The notes beneath the pieces are model-generated. The model was not told the origin of the DNA and searched no databases. It saw nothing but the letters and a program-made list of their open reading frames with translations. From Scyliorhinus canicula (taxonomy: Eukaryota), in contig NC_052169.1 of NCBI RefSeq assembly GCF_902713615.1, forward strand, positions 3,994,915 through 4,058,914: a DNA stretch of 64,000 nucleotides, in the 5' to 3' direction. A program made the translations under genes and the position numbers. Positions 1 through 12,392 of this stretch are shown in pieces (the first letter of the stretch is position 1; each line of letters begins with the position of its first letter).

Positions 1-425
1 AGCACTTCATGGTGATGGATGTCAGAGCCACTGGACGATAGTCATTAAGACACGCTGCTTGACTTTTTTTTGGTACAGGGAGGATGGTCGTCTTCTTGAA
101 GCAGATAGGGACCTCAGATTATTGTAAAGAGAGGTTGAAGATGGTCTGCGAATACCCCCGCCAGCTGATCCACGCAAGACCCGAGTGCTCGTCCGGGTAC
201 CCCATCCGGGCCAGTTCTGACGTCTGCAGTGGTGATCTCAGATACAAGTGCATCTGGGGTGGAGGGAGCTCGCTCTCGCTGACCTCTTGCTCAAAGTGGG
301 CATAGAATGCGTTGAACTCATCAGGGAGGGGTGCGTTGGAGCCAACAATTTTACATGCCTTCATGTTGTAGCCCGTTATATCTTGCAGACCTTGCCATAG
401 ATGGCGGGGATCCGTGTGGCTAGCC
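1..425 (-). mobile_element. Rex1/Babar-type LINE fragment
   Basis: Minus-strand peptide DPRHLWQGLQDITGY...LPDEFNAFYAHFE and IFNLSL, typical of the region before and at the start of Rex1 RT. Confidence 0.7.
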
Positions 426-569
426 GTTCGATTCATGTTTTCAGCTGATGGATTCACAAACATTATTTAGCATAAAACACATTTTCATAACTGTCCTAGG
501 TAGTAATGCTACAGAACATGAGGGAGAGTGTCATTCATTTGATTTTTTAAATATTTAGAATACCCAAAA

Positions 570-1730
570 CCGAGTGGCCTAATTCTGCTCCTATGTCTTA
601 TGTTCGGCTCGGTGTGGACTCCTTTCCGGACCTTACAGAGTTTGCAGACTGTTACAGATAGTTTGAGTGAGTGGGCAAAAAACCTGACAGATGGAATATA
701 ATGTGGGAACGTGAAGTTATTTAAACGCAGAATGACTGTGTTTGAGGTGCAGAGGGATTCAGGTGTTTTTGTGCATGTGTCACAAAGATTAGTGTGCAGG
801 TGCAGCATATAATCAAGAAGGCTAATTGAATGCTATTCATTACTAAAAGAATTGAACATTAAAGTAAGTATGATGCTTCAGTTCTATAGGGCATTGGTGA
901 GACCGCATCTCAAATACTGTGCAGTTGTAGTCATCTTGTTTAAGGAAGGATAGAACATACAGCGGAGAAGGAGGCCATTCGGCCCATTAAGTCTGCATCG
1001 ACCCACTTAAGCCCTCACTTCCACCCTATCCCCGTAACCCAATAACCCTTCCTAACCTTTTTGGACACAAAGGGCAATTTAGCATGGCCAATCCACCTAA
1101 CCTGCACGTCTTTGGACTGTGGGAGGAAACTGGAGCACCCGGAGGAAACCCACGCAGACACGGGGAGAGCGTGCAAACTCCACAGACAGTGACCCAGTGG
1201 AGAATCGAACCTGGGACCCTGGCTCTGTGAAGTCCTAGTGCTATCCACTGTGCTACCGTGCTGCCCATGTAAATACGTTTGAGGCAGTTCAGAGGATTAT
1301 TACTAGATTGATACCTGGAGCAAATGGGTTGTCTTGTGAGGAAAGGTTTCCACAGAGTTTAGAAGAGTGAGGGGGTGACTTGATTGAAGTGTGTAAGATC
1401 CTGAATGCTATTGACAAGGTAGACGTGGAAAGGATTTTCCTCTTGGGGTGAGTCCAGAACTAGGGAGCACTGTTTTAAAATTAGGTAGCACTCTTTTAAG
1501 AGAGATAAGGAGAATTCATTTCTCTGAGGGTTGTGCGACTCTGCCTCAGAAGATGGTGGGGTCACTGAATTTGTTTTCAGCAGTGGTAGATAGATTCTTG
1601 TTAGGTGAGGAAATCAAAGGAAATCGGGATAGATGAGAATGTGGAACTGGAAACACAAACAGACCAGTCATGATTTTATTGGATGACGGAGCAAGCTTGA
1701 GGGGCTGAATGGTCTACTTCTCCTAATTCA
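570..1730 (+). mobile_element. Degenerate CR1/HER1 LINE 3' fragment interrupted by a SINE
   Basis: Similar to the CR1 copy at 56975-57845 (gcattggtgagaccgcatct and 3' UTR gagcaagcttgaggggctgaatgg). Confidence 0.7.
951..1266 (-). mobile_element. HE1-type tRNA-derived SINE with CR1-like tail
   Basis: Head GGGCAGCACGGTAGCACAGTGG with A/B boxes (GGTTCGATT), HE1 body, and CR1-derived 3' end. Confidence 0.85.
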
Positions 1731-2449
1731 TAGTTTCATGGGCAGACAGATTGGTGAGGATTCAGCCAAGTAGATTCCTAATTCATGTTGGTATTCTTGC
1801 CACCTGCCACAAACCAGCTGGCAGTTATGTCTTTCAGGACTCGGTAAGTTGTGGTGCGACTGAGCCACTTTTGATGATGGACATTGAAGTCTCCCACAGC
1901 ACGTTCTTTGTCCTTGCTACATTTGATGCTTCTTCAGTGGAGTTCATCATGGGAGAATACTGCTCTGGCTGAGGGAGTGTGGTAATTAGCAGGTTTTGTG
2001 CTTGTGTTTGATCTGATTCCATGAGACTTTCTCAGGTCTGGAATCAATGTTGAGGACTCCAGGGACCACACCCTCCCAACTATACTGTGGTGATACAATA
2101 CTTTCTCTAGGGACAGGGTCTTTACTTCATATCTCTTGACACCTGTACTAAAATAATTTATCAATCTGAGGCTTGAAATAGCTTGTCTGTTGTAATAGTG
2201 CTATTTCCTGCCTCAAAGAAATTGTAACATAGTATCACAATTGTGCTGGAAAGAGCAGTTCTTCTATTAAGATGAAATACGGCCGATTGAACAAAGTATT
2301 GGAGTGATGCCAGGACCAGTACGTTCAGCAGAGGGAAAATGTGCAGGTTTATCATTGAGTCATTTTATGGTCCACTCTAGTCTTGCAGGTCAAACTGAAC
2401 CCTGTAGAACTCTTTCCATCTAATTAACTTTGTTTCAGCTTTGTTTCAG

Positions 2450-2683
2450 GTGATGGAACTGTTTATTTCTTCGGTTTTGTTCGTGGTTGCCCTTGGCATC
2501 AGGCGAGTACGAGTAACCAAGGCCACCAAGGTTGCACAGACATCCTGTCCTCTGAGAAATATTTGCTAATGTTATGGCAGGACAGAGTGGAATGCTGGGA
2601 TATCCAAAACCTTTACACTGGAGAGGCCGTTGGTGATGTGACTTGGACAAAGAAGTTGAAGGAGGAAGAGGAGCAGTGTTCAG
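2450..2683 (+). CDS. RCCD1: RCC1 domain-containing protein 1, internal coding exon (first one in window)
   Basis: tttcAG acceptor and GTataa donor; 234 nt open, phase 1-1 (DGTVYFFGFVRG...SEKYLLMLWQDRVECWD...EEQCS). Splices in frame to the 5241 exon. The start exon lies upstream of the window. Confidence 0.8.
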
Positions 2684-3904
2684 GTATAAATTAAAATGCA
2701 ATGCAGGATCTTTATCAAATCCTAATCCCACAGCTCTCGCAGCTTCTTATTACCTAATGTTGTCTGCCATCCTGGCTATGTTTCCTTGCTGTGTATGTTT
2801 GTTAAGGTGTCACTTCTTCACTCGACCCATGTGACACAGTGTCAATTGGAGATGTGAATTGTCCCGCAATTACTTTTACCCTTCTAGACAGTTACTGGAT
2901 TTGCAGCAGGTGCCCTGACCCTATTTCTAAACACGCCTATTTCTTCCCGCCTATAGTTTAAGGCAGTTGCCATAACCCCTACCAACTGAGACCAACTCCA
3001 GTCAGCAGAGATAAGGCTGAGCTTTTGAGTGTGAGTAGCTTAGCTCCTAATTACTGTAACTGAGCTAATAGAGCTTTGCAGTCAGAGCTTCTTGCCTTTA
3101 ACCAAGGTTTCCTTCAGCATTGTGGGTCTCCAGATGTTTTTTTACAATACGAGTTATACACATTTAGTTAGTCTGGTGGAGAGATTGTGGTGGGATGATG
3201 GTCATTAGAATTGGATAGTGGTGGTTCACATTCATATTATCTCAAGTTTATTTCATTGAAGTAATAAACTTGGTGTTTGCAGTATGGCAGTCAGAAGACT
3301 TGCTGCTCCTTGTGTCTCTTGGTCTCCATTCATTACCATTGAAACTTTGGTGTGCTGCTCAAGCTTAAGATCTGACATTGTTCCCTCACCAGCAAGAGGC
3401 AGACCTGTCCCAGTATCTGTACAATGAATGAGACTTCCCCTTTTAAACTGACACTGTGTAACTGAGCTATTTATTTTGGCTTTTCTCTCTTTTTGTGTGG
3501 GGAAGGTTACTGGCATCATCTGGAAAACCACACGGACATACCTATGTCCTGTTATTTGTAATAATGCATTTGATGGTGCAGGTCTTGAGTAAGACCTTGA
3601 TAAGATTGTGACTCTTAGCGCTGCTAGTCAATAACATTGCTCTACAACAGTTGTTCCACCCACTGAACAAGCTAACTTTTTGTTGAGTGCTTGTAACTAA
3701 AACAATGTGAATGCTTTCCGACTGAATTAATATTAATTGGTGTGGTGCACATCAAGACACTAGGAAAAACAGTTCCATCTGAGAGTGTAGTATGTCAATT
3801 ACTGTAGATGTAAGCTGTACTGTGCACTGTACAGCAGCCAGCAGAAAATCCTACTGCTGTGAACATTTAAATTCTGAATGTGATTGAGGAATGGGCATTC
3901 TCTT

Positions 3905-4206
3905 AATAATAATCTTTACTGTCACAGGCCTACATTAACACTGCAATGAAGTTATTGTGAAAATTCCCTAGTCGTCACATTCCGGCGCCTGTTCGGGTAC
4001 ACAGATGGAGAATTCAGAATGCCCTAATTTCCTAACAACACGTCTTTTGGGACATGTGGGAGGAAACCGGAGCACCCGGAGGAAACCCACGCAGACACGG
4101 GGAGAGCGTGCAGACTCTGCACAGACAGTGACCCAAGCCGGGAATTGAACCTGGGACCCTGGAGCTGTGAAGCGACAGTGCTAGCCACTGTGCTACAATG
4201 CCGCCC
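3905..4206 (-). mobile_element. HE1-head SINE with the alternative TTATT-ending tail
   Basis: Same head as other copies; tail ...cacaataacttcattgcagtgttaatgtaggcc...aaagattattatt. Confidence 0.8.
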
Positions 4207-4769
4207 ACTTGCTTATAATCTCATAGTGGAGCAGCTGTATAAACATGCTCCACAATGACAATGAATTTAATTCTGCTGTACAAGTCTAATACCCTATACA
4301 GTCCATATTGCAGAGTTAGCTTTTCTGTTGAAAGTAAACAGAGGAAATTGAATGGGAGCTTTTGAGTCAAGGAAGCACTGAGTGGTGATGTGTTTGTATC
4401 CCAATGTAAATCAGTAGTAGGTGAGTTAATGCTCCCCTCTCATTGCCCAGGGTGTATGACTGAGTTACACCATCTACATTAATTTCTTTGTCAAAAAGAG
4501 AATTGAACCTGACTGGGGCTTGCAGTTTAACATATATGGCTGAGATTAATGACAGGGCACATAGGCCCTGACAGTCTCTGATGCGATGCCAAGATGGTAG
4601 GGGTGCTAAATTTAGCTTCAATCTCCCTAATTTAGGAAGCAAGAGTAAAACTGGATCATGCTGGAAAATGTAGCAGGTCTCCCAAGTATTTTTGAATAGA
4701 CTACCCAATGCAGTAACTTAACTTTGTTTTGCTGTTGCTGATGGACCTATCCATTTCCAGCTTTATCAT

Positions 4770-4980
4770 AGTAAGAAGTCTTACAACACCAGGTTAAAGT
4801 CCAACATGTTTGTTTCAAACACTAGCTTTCGGAGCACTGCTCCTTCCTCAGGTGATTCACCTGAGGAAGGAGCTGCGCTCCGAAAGCTAGTGTTTGAAAC
4901 AAACATGTTGGACTTTAACCTGGTGTTGTAAGACTTCTTACTGTGCTCACCCCAGTCCAACGCCGACATCGCCACATCAT
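4770..4980. mobile_element. Palindromic Penelope-like non-autonomous element with hammerhead motifs
   Basis: 86-bp inverted arms (4770-4855 and 4857-4942, 2 mismatches); 11-bp TSD AGCTTTATCAT at 4759-4769 and 4981-4991. Confidence 0.8.
4858..4892 (+). ncRNA. Minimal type I hammerhead ribozyme motif (mirror copy on minus strand at 4820-4854)
   Basis: CAC-CTGAGGA-A-GGAGC-TGC-GCTCC-GAAA-GC-TA-GTG: conserved core, 5-bp stem II, palindromic AGCT stem III, CAC/GTG stem I. Confidence 0.65.
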
Positions 4981-5240
4981 AGCTTTATCATGTGTTGAGA
5001 ATGGGATTGTTGGATAGTGACCAGGAGAAGGAAGTTGGGCTGGTACTGCTCTCTAGGGTCACAGAGGCCATCGGAAACATCTTCTTGTTAATCCAGATGA
5101 ATGCGTTAACTCGCCGTAGACCCTGAATCAAACTTTGGATCTTCTCTACTCACAGCTACTTTTCTTTAATTACCAGCGAAGGTAAAATGCCAAGATGGTA
5201 GGGGTGCTAAATTTAACCCCCTCTGTTTTCTCCCTCTCAG

Positions 5241-5394
5241 CGCTTCCATTGATCCCTGATGGCTATGTTACAACATCTCCTCCATTTTACAAACCATTGT
5301 CACCACAGCTCCGTGCAAGAAAGCTGGCACTCGGCACTGAGCACGCTCTCTTACTGAGTATTGATGGGACACTGCATTCCTGGGGCTCAGGACG
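5241..5394 (+). CDS. RCCD1: RCCD1 coding exon
   Basis: Pyrimidine tract plus cAG, GTaaga donor. LPLIPDGYVTTSPPFYKPLSPQLRARKLALGTEHALLLSIDGTLHSWGSGR resembles recalled vertebrate RCCD1 ([25 protein letters not shown]). Confidence 0.95.
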
Positions 5395-7015
5395 GTAAGA
5401 TTAATTCAGTAGTTGTGTATGTGCGAGCACATTAATGAACCATGTTCTGGATTGTAGGCTCAAGATATACATTTGTTAAAGGATTCAATAGCAGTCAGGT
5501 TTGTGGTTTGAAACTTGTCACTCAAATGTGCTTTTGTATCTAATCCTGAGGGATCGGTGTGGCACCCATGTGGGTTAAAACATTGTTTTTCACCTCAGTT
5601 TGAACAGATGATTAAATTTCATATCTCACTGCTGCTCATAACAAATTGATGCAAAATATAAAAATATTTTCCTTATAAGGCTGGGTGTCAGTTTCTGTCT
5701 CTGCCATTTAATTACATAAAATGTGCTACGTAAATACATGTTGTCATCTTGGAGATTAAATTTTCTAATTAAGTTTTAAATTCAGTAGTTGTGCTTTTAA
5801 TGTCTTTAAGATCAGTTCTGCTTTATCTTTTAAATCATTATTTCAGTCCCTAATAACTCCAGATTTAATCTTTGATATTATATGATTGTATTATGTTTTT
5901 CTGTACATTACGCACTTTTTGATATTTGACCCAGATCATTTTGACTGGATCTCTGAAAATATGGTCATGCCCTAACCTCAGCAGCAGTAACGTCCAAGTT
6001 ATATATTGATTCGGATTAGCAATGGGACTGTATAGCTTTGACTGGAGCAAGCTTAAAATTAGCCACCCCACAATTGTTTCACGTCTGAAATGTGCAGATA
6101 ATTTTACATAAAGTGGCTACAATGAGTATTTCTGATGGCCCATTAGATCACAAAAGCCATAAAAACCAGAAGGCCTAATTTGATTGCATGCTTTTGCTGA
6201 GTTGTTGAATCACAAGTTCTGTTGGATGTTACCATTGGGATGACTGCCCTTGGGCCGATAAGAATAGTACCAGCCGAGATTCCAGCTGCTGCTTAATATC
6301 CACTGATCCTTTTGGAACACATTTTGGCAGCATTAAACTTGGCTATTAAAAAAATCCCACAAGTAAATACAGTAACCTGCCATTATTAGTTGTACAGCAT
6401 GAGTCGCTGGAGGGCAGTGAGCACCAGTTGCAACTTCAGGATAGAGAAGAGAATATTGGCGGGGGAATCCTAGAATTCACAGTGCAGAAGGAGACCATTT
6501 GGCCCATCAAGTCTTACCGGTCCTTGGAAAGAGCTCCCTACTTAAGCCCACACCTCCACCCTATCCCCGTAACCTAGTCACCCCACCTAACCTTTTGGTT
6601 AGGTTAGCGAGTAATTTATAGCACAGCCAATCCACCTAACCTGCACATTTTTGGAATTTCTTTCATTTGGGAAAATGCTTTGCGGCTGTTGACATGGAGC
6701 TAATTTGACATCCCTACAGGTGTTGTGATTTTTAAAATATTTTTGATAGCACCCTATGATGCATTTGAGTACAAATCTTCCTTCATCAAACTCCCATCTG
6801 TTTTAACCCTATTCTATAAATACCCCCACCTTTCCCTCTTGCCCAATTTTAAAAGCATCCTCAATATCAAGCTTTTGTCTTATGCTGCCCCTCCCACTAT
6901 TGTTTGTTTCTCTTCTCTGTGAACCCTCCTGGGACCTTTACTTTGGTAAAGAACTGAGGTGGTAAATATCCAAGTACTGTAGTGCTTGTTTTTCAGCAAT
7001 GTGATATTTTTACAG

Positions 7016-7137
7016 ACATGGTCAGTTGGGACATGGTGGTGTTGAGGATGAAGCAGAGCCACGCATTGTGGAGGCGTTACACGGGCTGGCAATGGCTGAA
7101 GTAGCAGCTGGGAGCTGGCATTCTGTGAGTGCAAGTG
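7016..7137 (+). CDS. RCCD1: RCCD1 coding exon (RCC1 repeat)
   Basis: tacAG...GTaaga; [40 protein letters not shown]; phases 2 and 1 fit the flanking exons. Confidence 0.95.
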
Positions 7138-8272
7138 GTAAGATCCATCACTGCAGCGACATTGTATATAGGGATATATTTACTAACACCTGATACTCCT
7201 CTCCAACACTGGGTCTCCTGCTATACTGGAGGCAAATAATACTGTGGAGTTTATCTTCTTCATTGGGAAACTGCATCCATATCCTCACGACTGCCTGCTG
7301 ATAAATAGATCAAATAGAACAGTACAGCACAGAACAGGCCCTTCGGCCCTCGATGTTGTGCCGAGCATTGTCCGAAACCAAGATCAAGCTATCTCACTCC
7401 CTGTCATTCTGGTGTGCTTCATGTGCCGATCCAATAACCGCTTGAAAGTTCCTAAAGTGTCCAACTCCACTATCAAGTGTACTTAATTCTATACCCTGGA
7501 GGCAGGCCCTGCTGTTAATTGTTTAAATTAAATCTTGCTTCTACTCAGATGGTGGGCTTTAACTGGGGGCTCACCTGTTCTCCTATTTATAGGAGCAGAC
7601 TGAAACAGTGGTTGTTGCATTTCATTCCAGTTCCATTCTTTACTGCATGGCGGTCTGAGATTGAGCGACTGTTGCATCTACTTGGCTGTGCCAAAGCAAC
7701 CTTTCCTCCAGTTTCTCCTCTTTGCCTCATACTGGGGCATCACATGCACCCAATAAATTGTCCAAATAGCCATTTTTTGTGAGCCTAAACATTGAAGGAG
7801 AGCAGGTTATTCAACTATCACAACTGAGCCTGATCTTATTCTTATTCGAATGTCCAGGGATGGGCATTTTCTCGCAGTAGTTTTAGGATAAATAATCATG
7901 AGCAGAAACACTGGCTCCTTTTTCTTCTGAGATCACCTGATGACTTTACTGGGATCAGCTAACTTGGGACAGAGCAAGGAACAACTATGGGGCTTCCTGC
8001 TGTGTACTCTAGTACAACAACATGCATGTATCCAATTTTGGCAGCTTCTAATAGTATTTTGTTGAGGACACATTAATGGCCCACTGAATGAGACATTATG
8101 GTTGTTTAGAGCACTCAGTAAGTGAGAAACCACAGGGATCGAAAACACCACTATGATAAATGCTAAATCCACACCTGCCATGAGTTAAATATACAAGTCT
8201 GGTTTAGCAATGTACTTCATAATAATGTGTCATGATTAGAGCTTATATCTTCTTTTTTTTTTAAATCCTTAG

Positions 8273-8395
8273 CATCGGGAGACCTGTATGTGTGGGGATG
8301 GAATGAGTCAGGACAGTTGGGACTGCCAACAAAGTCATGTTCGGAGGAACATCAGAATCCCTCTCAGCAGAAGGAGCTGTCTGCAGAGGGAGAGG
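8273..8395 (+). CDS. RCCD1: RCCD1 coding exon (RCC1 repeat)
   Basis: cttAG...GTaagg; [20 protein letters not shown]... Confidence 0.95.
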
Positions 8396-9139
8396 GTAAG
8401 GAGATGTTGTGTTCCTTTGAAAAGTAAGAACATTTGCAACAAGAATTAAGTTGCAGGATTTGTCCTTAAAAGTCATCGAGGTTTCCAGCATGAAAATGTT
8501 GACTATCTATGCCCCTCATTATTTTCTAGACCTCGATAAAATGGGATAGCTTGATCTTGGTTTCGGACAATACTCGGCACAACATCGAGTGCTGAAGGGC
8601 CTGTTCTGTGCTGTACTGTTCTATGTTCTATAAGATCACCCCAAAGCCTACGTGACAAACATATATGGTCAGTTGTCACATGAGGGTGAACACTGCAACT
8701 TGTAATTGAAAAAATATTTGAATGTGCTTCATATTTCCTGGTTACATTGACACTCTGCACCCTCAATAAATACTAGTGTGTGTAGTGCAGAGACTGGCTG
8801 ATAGTTTAGAAGAGTGTTAACTCACACAAGCTGGGCTATATTTTGCTACTTTGACAATGTTAGTGATAAAATTTGTGTGAGTTCTTCACTAACAGTAGGC
8901 AGAGGAAAATACTACCTCTTTGACTGTGTTTCATATTCCCCTTTCCCTCTTTGAAACAAGTGTATGGTGGTCTCTTGTTACAGTGTGAAAACTTTGTGAA
9001 CATAGATTGCCCCTTTGCTTAAACGATCATACAGAAAAATGGTATATGTTTGTTACGTGACCTTTGATCATATCAGAAATACCTTGTTATCGTTTTTAAT
9101 TTTTGTTGAAAATGCTCTTTCAAACTTTGTTGCAGTAGG

Positions 9140-9672
9140 TTTGGCACAGTGGTTAGCACTGCTGCCTCACAGCACCAGACACATGGATTTGATTCCCACC
9201 TTGGGTGACTGTGGAGTTTGCACATTCTTCCCATGTCTGCTTGGGTTTCCTTTGGTTGCTCCGGTTTCCTACCACAGTCCAAGTATTTTTTAAAATAAAT
9301 TTAGAGTACCCAATTATTTTTCTCAATTAAGGGGCAATTTAGCGTGGCCAATCCACCTACCTTGCACATCTTTGGGTTCTGGGCATGAAACCCATGCAGA
9401 CACGGGGAGAATGTGCAAACTCCACACGGACAGTGACCCAGGGCTGGGATTCGAATCGGGGTCCTCAGCGCCGTAGGCAGTGGTTACACTGTGTCACCAT
9501 GCTGCCCTCCCACAGTCCAAAGATGTGCAGGTTAGATGAATTGGCCATGCTAAATTGTTCCTAGATTGGTTTACATGGATAGGGTGGGATATTCGGGTGA
9601 TGTAGGGTGCTCTTTCAGAGGGTTGGTGCAAATGATGGGCTGAATAGCCTCCTCCACTGTAGGGATTCTATC
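9140..9672 (+). mobile_element. HE1 SINE with an antisense HE1 SINE nested at about 9285-9507
   Basis: The host SINE resumes after the insert; TSD CCACAGTCCAA at 9272-9282 and 9510-9520. Confidence 0.8.
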
Positions 9673-9835
9673 ATTCCAAGGTGTTTACACTATTATGGAA
9701 TGCATAGCACCACTGTGTTATGTTGTAATCATAATAAGAAACAAATAGTCCTTACTAGTAAATGGCATTTTAATTATGCCAATTCACAGTATTGACTTTT
9801 TCACCACTCTTCTCTCCTAAAAAACACAGTATCTT

Positions 9836-10027
9836 GGGCGGCACAGTGGTTAGCACTACTGCTTAATGTGCCGAGGACCCGGGTTGATCCCGGCCCCGGG
9901 TCACTCTCCATGTGGAGTTTGCACATTCTCCCCATGCCTCCGTGGGTCTCGCCCCCACAACCCAAAAGATGTGCAGGATAGGCGGATTGGCCACGCTAAA
10001 TTGCTCCCTAATTGGAAAGACTAAAAA
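9836..10027 (+). mobile_element. Short HE1-type SINE
   Basis: GGGCGGCACAGTGGTTAGCAC head and body shared with other copies. Confidence 0.75.
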
Positions 10028-10847
10028 GAAGTTTGCATTTCAGCAGTTTGGCTTTGTGACACAGCAGAGCTTACCCTGATCCTGCCCTGATCTGGTGTAC
10101 ATTTACATTTTCAAGAAAGGCTGAGCACAATTGCAACATCCTTACTATGATTCCATTAACTCACTACAATTGACTGACCAATTCTGAAACCTCCCTGGTC
10201 AGTGTGGCTCAGCTACCTGGTGTCTTAACTGACCAAACTATCCATGTTCAACTGTTTTAAATATATGCTAATTCAGATTTTATCAGATTTTGTGTTACAG
10301 TATTGTCTGTAACAGTAAGTCCAGCATCAGAGGCAGTTGAGACATTTATGTCATTGGAAGTGGCAAATCTCTCCCAGAATGCTCTCTGTCTTGAACCAAA
10401 AGCTCCCAATAGCATTTTTTATTGTGCCAACATTTTTGGAATTCCCCGCATGTATCCACAGGACAACAGTGTGGATTCCTCGCAGATAGTGCAAAGTTGC
10501 AAAATTGGTTTTGCGCTAACTGCCTGTGTGAGATTAGCACGCGTAGAATAGTGTTATGAGTTATTCAGAGCAACTAGATATCTGTGATCCTTATACTCGG
10601 TCTTATACTCGGATAGTTGTTGCAGAATCTGCCCTAGTATAGAATGGAGACAGGTTGAGCATCAATGGAACCAGCAAATTACTCCATTTCATTGTTTCAT
10701 TTAATGTGACTCATTAAGTAGCCATCACTGTTAATGATAGCAATTATTTTAATTTAAATAGCAATAAAAAATTCAGTGTTTGTAAGGGTTAGCTGGTGTT
10801 TACATATTAATATTAAATTTAATCTCTTAATTTGATTTTACACACAG

Positions 10848-11027
10848 ACTCACCGTCGCCAAGTGATGTACGTGACACCGTTATAAAATTCAAAAGTAAA
10901 AAAGCAGCCGAGGGAGATTTGAATGTGTTCATCTCAATCCAGGCATTTCCTGCATTGCTCGATTTGCCAGAAGAGTCAGAGGTCAGCAAGGTCAGCTGTG
11001 GGTCACGACATACTGCGGTCATCATCA
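10848..11027 (+). CDS. RCCD1: RCCD1 coding exon
   Basis: cacAG...GTacgt; ...VFISIQAFPALLDLPEESEVSKVSCGSRHTAVII. Confidence 0.93.
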
Positions 11028-11339
11028 GTACGTAACTGAATAACAGTTAACATTTTTCTTGGTAAACTGGTCTGAATAAAACAAATTTTGTTTTGATGGT
11101 TTCTCAGTGTGTAACCACTAAACTCCATTATATAATAAGTCCCTTTAATGCTGTGCTAATGTGGAATTTTTAACAGAAATTAACAGTCTTGCCCTTTCCT
11201 CCCACACTGTCTAGATGGAAAACTCTGGAGGGTGCCTTACATTGTTCTTATCTGGGATTTGGGTGTCCTAGTAAGCTCTCTCAAACAGCAATGTGATAAT
11301 TACTAAATAGTGTGTTGTGATATTAGTTGAGGGGATAAA

Positions 11340-12264
11340 TTATATTAATGTAAATATTTTAATGACTTGGAGGAAGGAAGCAAATGTACTGTAGTCAAAT
11401 TAGCAGACGACAAAAATAGGTGGAAAGGCAAATTGCGAGATGGATACAGGCAGATTGCAAAGAGTTAAATAAGTGGGCAAAAAGTTGGCAAATGAAGTAT
11501 AATGTGGGAAAATGTGAAGTTTACTTTGAAAGAAGACCAAAAGAACAGAGTATTATTTAAATGGAGAAAAACGCGCGAAAGTCACAACACAAAAAGTCTT
11601 GGGGTACTTGTGCATGAAACACAGAAAGCTAGCACACGGGCAGCAGGTAATCAGGAAAGTTATTGGAACGTTGGCCCTTATTTCAAGCGAGTTGGAGTAT
11701 AGAGTCGGGAAGTCTTGCTGCAACTGTACAAGGTACTGGTGAGACCACATCTAGAGTATTGTGAACAGTTTTGGTCTCCTTATTTCAGGAGAGATATTAT
11801 TTCATTGGAGGCGGCTTAGAGAAGGGTCACTAGGATGATCCTCAATATGGAGGGATTGTCTTATGAGCAAAGGTTAAATAAGTTTGCACTCTACTCATTG
11901 GAATTCAGAAGAATGAGAGATGATCTAATTGAAACATAGAGGACTCTGAAGGGGCTTTGACAGAGTAAATGCTGAGAGGATGTTTCCCCCCTCATGGGAG
12001 AGTCTGGGACCAGAGGGCAGAGTCTCAGAATAAAGGGGAGCCAATTTCAGACTGAGATGAGGAGGAATTTCTTCTCTCAGAGGGTTGTCAGCCTTTGGAA
12101 TTCCTTGTCACAGAGAGATCTGGGGGCAGAGTCCTTGTGTCTATTTAAAGCTGAGATAGATTCTTGATCAGTCAATGAATCAAGGGTTAGGGGAAAGGAT
12201 AGGAAAGTGGACGTGAGGAATGTCGGATCAGCCATGATCCTATTGAATGGCGGAGCAGGCTCAA
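11340..12264 (+). mobile_element. CR1/HER1 LINE 3' fragment
   Basis: Degenerate RT C-terminus ([23 protein letters not shown]) and CR1 3' UTR. Confidence 0.85.
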
Positions 12265-12392
12265 TGGGAGACCCATGCAAACATGGGGAGAATGTGCAAA
12301 CTCCACACGGACAGTGACCCAGGGCCGGGATCGAACCCAGGTCCTGGATACCGTGAGGTATCAGTGCTAACCACTGTGCCTCCATGTTGCCC

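Noticed and set aside
1026-1268. Recurrent short ORFs such as CGVCTFSPCLRGF and GRWIGHAKLPL, and tRNA-like heads
   Set aside because: These are translations of HE1 SINE copies. The heads are tRNA-derived but do not form complete tRNA genes.
5177-5181. Apparent 5-nt microexon (cAG|CGAAG|GTaaaa) before an RCCD1 exon
   Set aside because: It would shift the frame, and the flanking exons already join in phase without it.
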